From contig PDIP01000263.1 of NCBI GenBank assembly GCA_002811645.1, forward strand, positions 1 through 47,702: 47,702 bases of DNA, in the 5' to 3' direction. Of this stretch, positions 43,248 to 47,702 are shown in pieces. Source of the DNA: Corallochytrium limacisporum Hawaii. Its lineage: Eukaryota > Protista > Pluriformea. How positions within the stretch are numbered: the stretch's first letter is position 1; each line of letters starts with the position of its first letter. The notes below the pieces were generated by a model, which saw nothing but the letters and a program-made list of their open reading frames with translations, had not been told where the DNA came from and searched no databases. The position numbers and the translations under genes are program-made.

Positions 43248-44126
43248 ATGAATACATCTTCGCGGCCACGGACCATCCATGCCAAGGACAGTCAGCTCAT
43301 TCGTGATCTATCCCAGTCATTAGAAAGGGAACGGTACATGAGAGCAAAGGAAAAAGCAGAAATGACACGCCGTGTGGAGGCCATGGAGGTCAGCATGCAA
43401 CAGGTGCGACGGGCCCTGGTGAACCGTAACTATCGGTGTCAGCGGTACATGACCTTGGTCTCCGAAGCCTTGACCGAGATCGCAAAGGTGGGACCGTGTT
43501 GCGGTTCTGTAGTCGATGCGGAAATGGATGGGTACTTGCGCGACCTCTTAGGAGCGGCACAGAACGCAGCAACAACGGCTGTGGCGGAGAATCGTAGGGC
43601 AGAAGTAGAAGCTGGAGGAGGTCTCGAACAGTCTGTAGCCACAGGAGAGAGACTGGATCGCCGAGATCCTTCGCCGGTGCGGGCAGCAAAGATCCTTTGG
43701 CGCGACGGCAAGGTTGGGTCAAACCACGCGGCTGCGGAGCGCATACACGTTTTGCAGCAGAAGCTAGCAGACCATAAGATCGAGCTTGCGCGGCTTGAAC
43801 ATCAAAATCGAGAGCTACACCTTGATGTAGAAAATTCACAGAAGCAGCTGGAGATGACGCGCAAGGATGCAAGCTACCACATGGACAGTGAGCAGTTTAA
43901 GAACAGACGTATCGAAGAACTTATCGATGACTGCTCTCGGAAACACAGCGAGATTCACCAGCTTCACGATGATCTCAAAGATGCAAGGGAACAGATTCGT
44001 AAGAAGGATGAAGAAATTGCCCAGACGGTGAAGTGGCTGATGCATCTCCGACAGGAAATGGCAGTTGTGGGCGTTCAAGAGGCCGCTGGACAGATTGCTA
44101 ATGTACCCAGTCCCCCGACGTATTGA
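43248..44126 (+). CDS. Hypothetical coiled-coil protein
   Basis: 292-aa ATG ORF with heptad-rich, charged segments and no recognised family. Confidence 0.7.
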   Translation: MNTSSRPRTIHAKDSQLIRDLSQSLERERYMRAKEKAEMTRRVEAMEVSMQQVRRALVNRNYRCQRYMTLVSEALTEIAKVGPCCGSVVDAEMDGYLRDLLGAAQNAATTAVAENRRAEVEAGGGLEQSVATGERLDRRDPSPVRAAKILWRDGKVGSNHAAAERIHVLQQKLADHKIELARLEHQNRELHLDVENSQKQLEMTRKDASYHMDSEQFKNRRIEELIDDCSRKHSEIHQLHDDLKDAREQIRKKDEEIAQTVKWLMHLRQEMAVVGVQEAAGQIANVPSPPTY

Positions 44127-44227
44127 CATTTCAATTCTTTACCTCATTCTATAGCATATCATTATACATCGAATACTACACGTTATATTGCAAAAAGCAT
44201 TGATATCAGGAGCTTTGAACTTGTTTC

Positions 44228-45172
44228 TTATTGAGGGTCCGGGAAACCTTTTTGGGCCCTGTAGAGTGCCCGCAGTTGCTCCAAGATCATGAAGGTACTG
44301 ATTGTGTGAGGTCCTAAACGCACGAAAGCGGGAATGAAACCCTTGAAAAGGCCCTGAGGACCTTCGGTCTTGACTGTTTTCAGGAGACAATCGATGGGTC
44401 CCTTGTAGACACCCTCCGGCGCGTTCATGATACGCGTCTTGACCACGTCCGCCGGCATGGTCAGCAGGGTGGCCATACCACCGGCACCGAAGGAGCTACC
44501 GAAGTGAGTAACCTGGCTCGTCGGGTTCATACCCGCATAGGTCACTAACATGAACTTGAATTGATCGTAGAATGCCAGCTGCCCAATGGTTACTAGAACG
44601 CATCGAGTAACGTTTGGTCCAACACCATTGAACAAGGCACCGATTCCCTCGCTGCGATAAATTCGCATCAATCCATCAAGAGCGTGCTTGTAATTGCGGC
44701 GTTCTGCAGGTGGCCGAGATGCATCTGCTTGCATGCGCACATTGGTCATATCAGCCGGAGACCCCACAAAGCCCCCGAGACCACCGGCAATGGCGGCTGA
44801 GGCTACCTTCTGCCACAGTGGCACGTAACCATCCTCTGTTTTGGGGAACTTGTCCTTAACGATGTCGTAGACAGCAAAGCGTGTGGTGGAATAGGTCACC
44901 TGACGAAGCAATGAAGCGCTCAGGCCGTCATAGAAGCCAAGCACTCCAGACTCGTGAAAGATCTGTCCAGCCGTGCCAGCAATGGTGACCTGTTGTCCTC
45001 CGGCTGCCCTCGATGCAACCTGCATGCGGACCTTCATTAGATCCAGTGGATGCGTGATACATGCAGCACCCATGGATGCCATACCACCCAGGAAGAACGG
45101 ATACTGGGTGGCGCTCGACATGGCCTTAGTCTCTTGTTTGGCTGGTGTGTCCTGTCCCTTGGTTGCCACCAT
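44228..45172 (-). CDS. SLC25A10: Mitochondrial dicarboxylate carrier (DIC1/SLC25A10-like)
   Basis: Three carrier signatures (PLDLMKVRMQ, PADMTNVRMQ, PADVVKTRIM), GLSASLLRQVTYSTTRF, RRNYKHALDGL, RLGPHT. ATG at 45172 or 45121. Confidence 0.9.
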   Translation of the reverse strand: MVATKGQDTPAKQETKAMSSATQYPFFLGGMASMGAACITHPLDLMKVRMQVASRAAGGQQVTIAGTAGQIFHESGVLGFYDGLSASLLRQVTYSTTRFAVYDIVKDKFPKTEDGYVPLWQKVASAAIAGGLGGFVGSPADMTNVRMQADASRPPAERRNYKHALDGLMRIYRSEGIGALFNGVGPNVTRCVLVTIGQLAFYDQFKFMLVTYAGMNPTSQVTHFGSSFGAGGMATLLTMPADVVKTRIMNAPEGVYKGPIDCLLKTVKTEGPQGLFKGFIPAFVRLGPHTISTFMILEQLRALYRAQKGFPDPQ

Positions 45173-46714
45173 GGTGCTTCTCAACCCGGCATCAGTCGGA
45201 TTCTTTAGGTACAACACCGGACCACCTGATATAGGAGCCACCGTTATGATGACTCAACATTGGTAGTACTCTGCAGCACCGGTGCAAGCCGTCAATCATC
45301 ACCTCATTACATCCTCATCACCTCAGCACGGCCCATGGTGCCCTGCACCATTCACGCAAAAGGTCTGAGCTTCTCCGGGCCCCGGGGCCGCCCCGACCAG
45401 CCAGACTCTTCGTCCCAACCTTCGAAGCGCCCCTGTCTCACACTGCCAGCGCATTCGGATTTTTTCGGCCTTTATGTATCCCTGCGCTTAGTTTTTCAGA
45501 AAACGGACAAAGTTTCACACACGGGGAAACGAAAACCGGCTCCCTCCCTGTCTGTGAGTGTGTGAGTAATTCCGCGTCCCCAGCGGCGGGTGGTGTTGCC
45601 GGTGAAGCTGTGCAAGAAGGCAATATACTTCAATTACAGGGCGGAAGGAGTTCGCACTCGAAATCATGGCGTAATGCTGGAATGGTTTTTCGTCGACTTT
45701 AGGTCCGATCTTGTGACAGACACGCAGTTTTCTTCATACACGGTATGGCATCTGTTACTTGGGCGCGCACATGATAAACATTGCGGTCAATGAAAATTGA
45801 AGAGACATCATATCGTGGGGGTACATCAGCGCCTGGTGCACACAGAGTGCGTACATTGCTCATTCGTGCCAACACTGTTGTGCTTATCTTGCTTCTGCCA
45901 GGCCTTCCGCGTTCCCAAAAGGGACATCAATCTCTCATCCAGCTCCCGCGTATCGAATGGAGATTTAATTTGCTCATTCATTCTCTCTTGGTCGTTTGGC
46001 AGCAGCACAACAACACAGCCTGCTCGCCGCTATGGCTTTTTCTAAGCGAATTTGCTCGGTTTCCCCTTGTGACTGGCTTGGGAGTACGGGTATTTTTAGC
46101 TCGGTTCGTGTTTTCGCAGAAGAACCCTGGACACCAGGCACCAAAACGAATGAAAATCGCGAACCAACCCCAAGCCTGGATGGAGAAGGGGGGTTCCTTG
46201 GGGAAGGGAAAAATGTGGGGGGGGGGGGGCCGGTGGAAAGCCAGCAGCAGTTCAACGGAGATACTCAGCCGAGAGACACCCAGAAATGAAGTACTGATAA
46301 CCTCGTTTGATGAATTGAATCGGTCAAAGTTTTTTTTGGGTGAAGCGGCAGAGGGTTGTTCGAAGTGGAACGGAGAAGGAGGGAGGGGGGGAGAGTGTGT
46401 ATGTATAATGTACTGAGGGTGGTGGTAGGGTTTGGGGGAGAAGCGGGGCTATCGAAATCTGCTGACTCTTACAGAAAGGAATGTATATACAACTCTGACC
46501 TGTACCCTCGACGAGTACATCCCTGGATTGTTCTTACTTTGTACATTTTTCAAAAGAATCGGGTCTGATGTGCTATCTGCTTGAGCAAACCTTACATTTG
46601 TCGTGCAGCAGAAACGGATGGCAAGTGGCAGATAGTCACACACATACACCCACACAATTAATGCCGACAAGTCCACCCACCCGACAAATTCCGACCCCGA
46701 TTGACCGCGTGGGT

Positions 46715-46738
46715 CACCACCATCATCATCATCATCAT
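46715..46738. repeat. (CAC)2(CAT)6 microsatellite
   Basis: Read directly from the sequence. Confidence 0.8.
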
Positions 46739-47127
46739 CCCATCCACCACCGACAGGGTCCCTACTAGTGTCACCGTCCACCATTTCCTGCCAATTTTCT
46801 TAGGTCCCTTAAACATAGAACATACCAACCTCTGCCCCATAAGTTAAGGAGGAATTTAGGTTTATAGGGTCGCAACCTTCTTTGAATCAAATAAATCTTA
46901 TCACATTTGATTTCTTCCCCTTCCCGCCCTTTTCCCGCACCCTCTTCACTCGTCCTTTTTGACGACCAGTCGTTGTGGTACTTCAGATGGCATAATCCAT
47001 CATCGAAAAAAGGGAATCTTTGACGTGAAATCTTTGAATTTGGGAAGAGAATTATGAGAAAACGAGTGAATTCATTGAAATGTGATGATTGCTCATGACT
47101 CATACAGCTGTGTTTGAAAGCGATCGG

Positions 47128-47702
47128 ATGGATGGGTCACCATCTACGCCGCCACGAAGATCACGGTCTTCGACACCGGACTCCGAGTGTCGCAGGCTCT
47201 TGTCAACTCCAGAACGCGCGCAAGCTATAGAGTACATGAAGTCTAGATGTATCGCCAACATGCGAATGAAGAAAGGAGTCTATTCAGAGGTTGCAGATAA
47301 GTTCAATTGCAGTGAAAGCTCGATGGAGAAGCTTTGGAGTAGATATAGAACATAAAAAGCCTTGGATGAGTCTACACCGATCATAGCGAAACACAGAAGG
47401 AAAACAGGCCGGAAGAAGAAACCTTTAGAACCTGATATTGTTTTGCATCAACATTGCAGAAATGCTCGTCAGGCCGGAAAGGTGCTTGGCTGTGGCGCCT
47501 CAACTGTCTTACGGGGAGTAAAAGATGATCGCTTGAAAGTGACAACGATCCGTCGCGGTATCCAGTTGACGGCACAATACAGACTTGATCGGCTGGAATG
47601 GAGCATGGATCACATCAAAGACAACAGAATCGTGACTATGGATGATGAAATCCACATTGATGAGAAATGGTTCGATGGCCGCAAAGCGGTGGAGAGAAGA
47701 TA
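47128..47702 (+). mobile_element. Tc1/mariner (DD39D, plant-mariner-type) transposase, 5' part, interrupted by one in-frame TAA and running off the window
   Basis: HTH KKGVYSEVADKFNCSESSMEKLW, stop at 47353-47355, then the same frame continues RKTGRKK...STVLR...LTAQYRLDRLEWSM...EIHIDEKWF. Confidence 0.85.

Overview
Gene-dense eukaryotic nuclear DNA with about 20 protein genes whose coding sequences appear intron-free. The genes are an NRBP pseudokinase, DDX11, a hotdog thioesterase, PLC-gamma, GNL2/NOG2, NEK6/7, a Tim17-like membrane protein, a GT8 glycosyltransferase, Cys-type SelO, an F-box+SMI1/KNR4 protein, DIS3L, an ERF4-like protein, CNOT11, MPDU1, CTU1, ZNF706, a degenerate double-AAA protein, an ABP34-like actin bundler, a coiled-coil protein and a mitochondrial dicarboxylate carrier. 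There is also one tRNA-Arg(CCT), an internally deleted relic of the flagellar adenylate kinase AK7, and the 5' part of a DD39D-type (IDEKWF) mariner transposase pseudogene at the right edge. PLC-gamma with SH2-SH2-SH3 plus intron-free CDSs suggests an intron-poor unicellular holozoan such as Corallochytrium (inference only). Convergent genes are packed 53-159 nt apart, while upstream spacers carry G/C homopolymers, microsatellites and palindromes. All family assignments come from recalled motifs, not database searches. I did not find a convincing new multi-gene system. The best leads are the kinase-less AK7 fusion relic, the plant/oomycete-type mariner, a thioesterase with both mitochondrial and peroxisomal signals, a pseudo-ATPase AAA protein and candidate short 5'-UTR introns.
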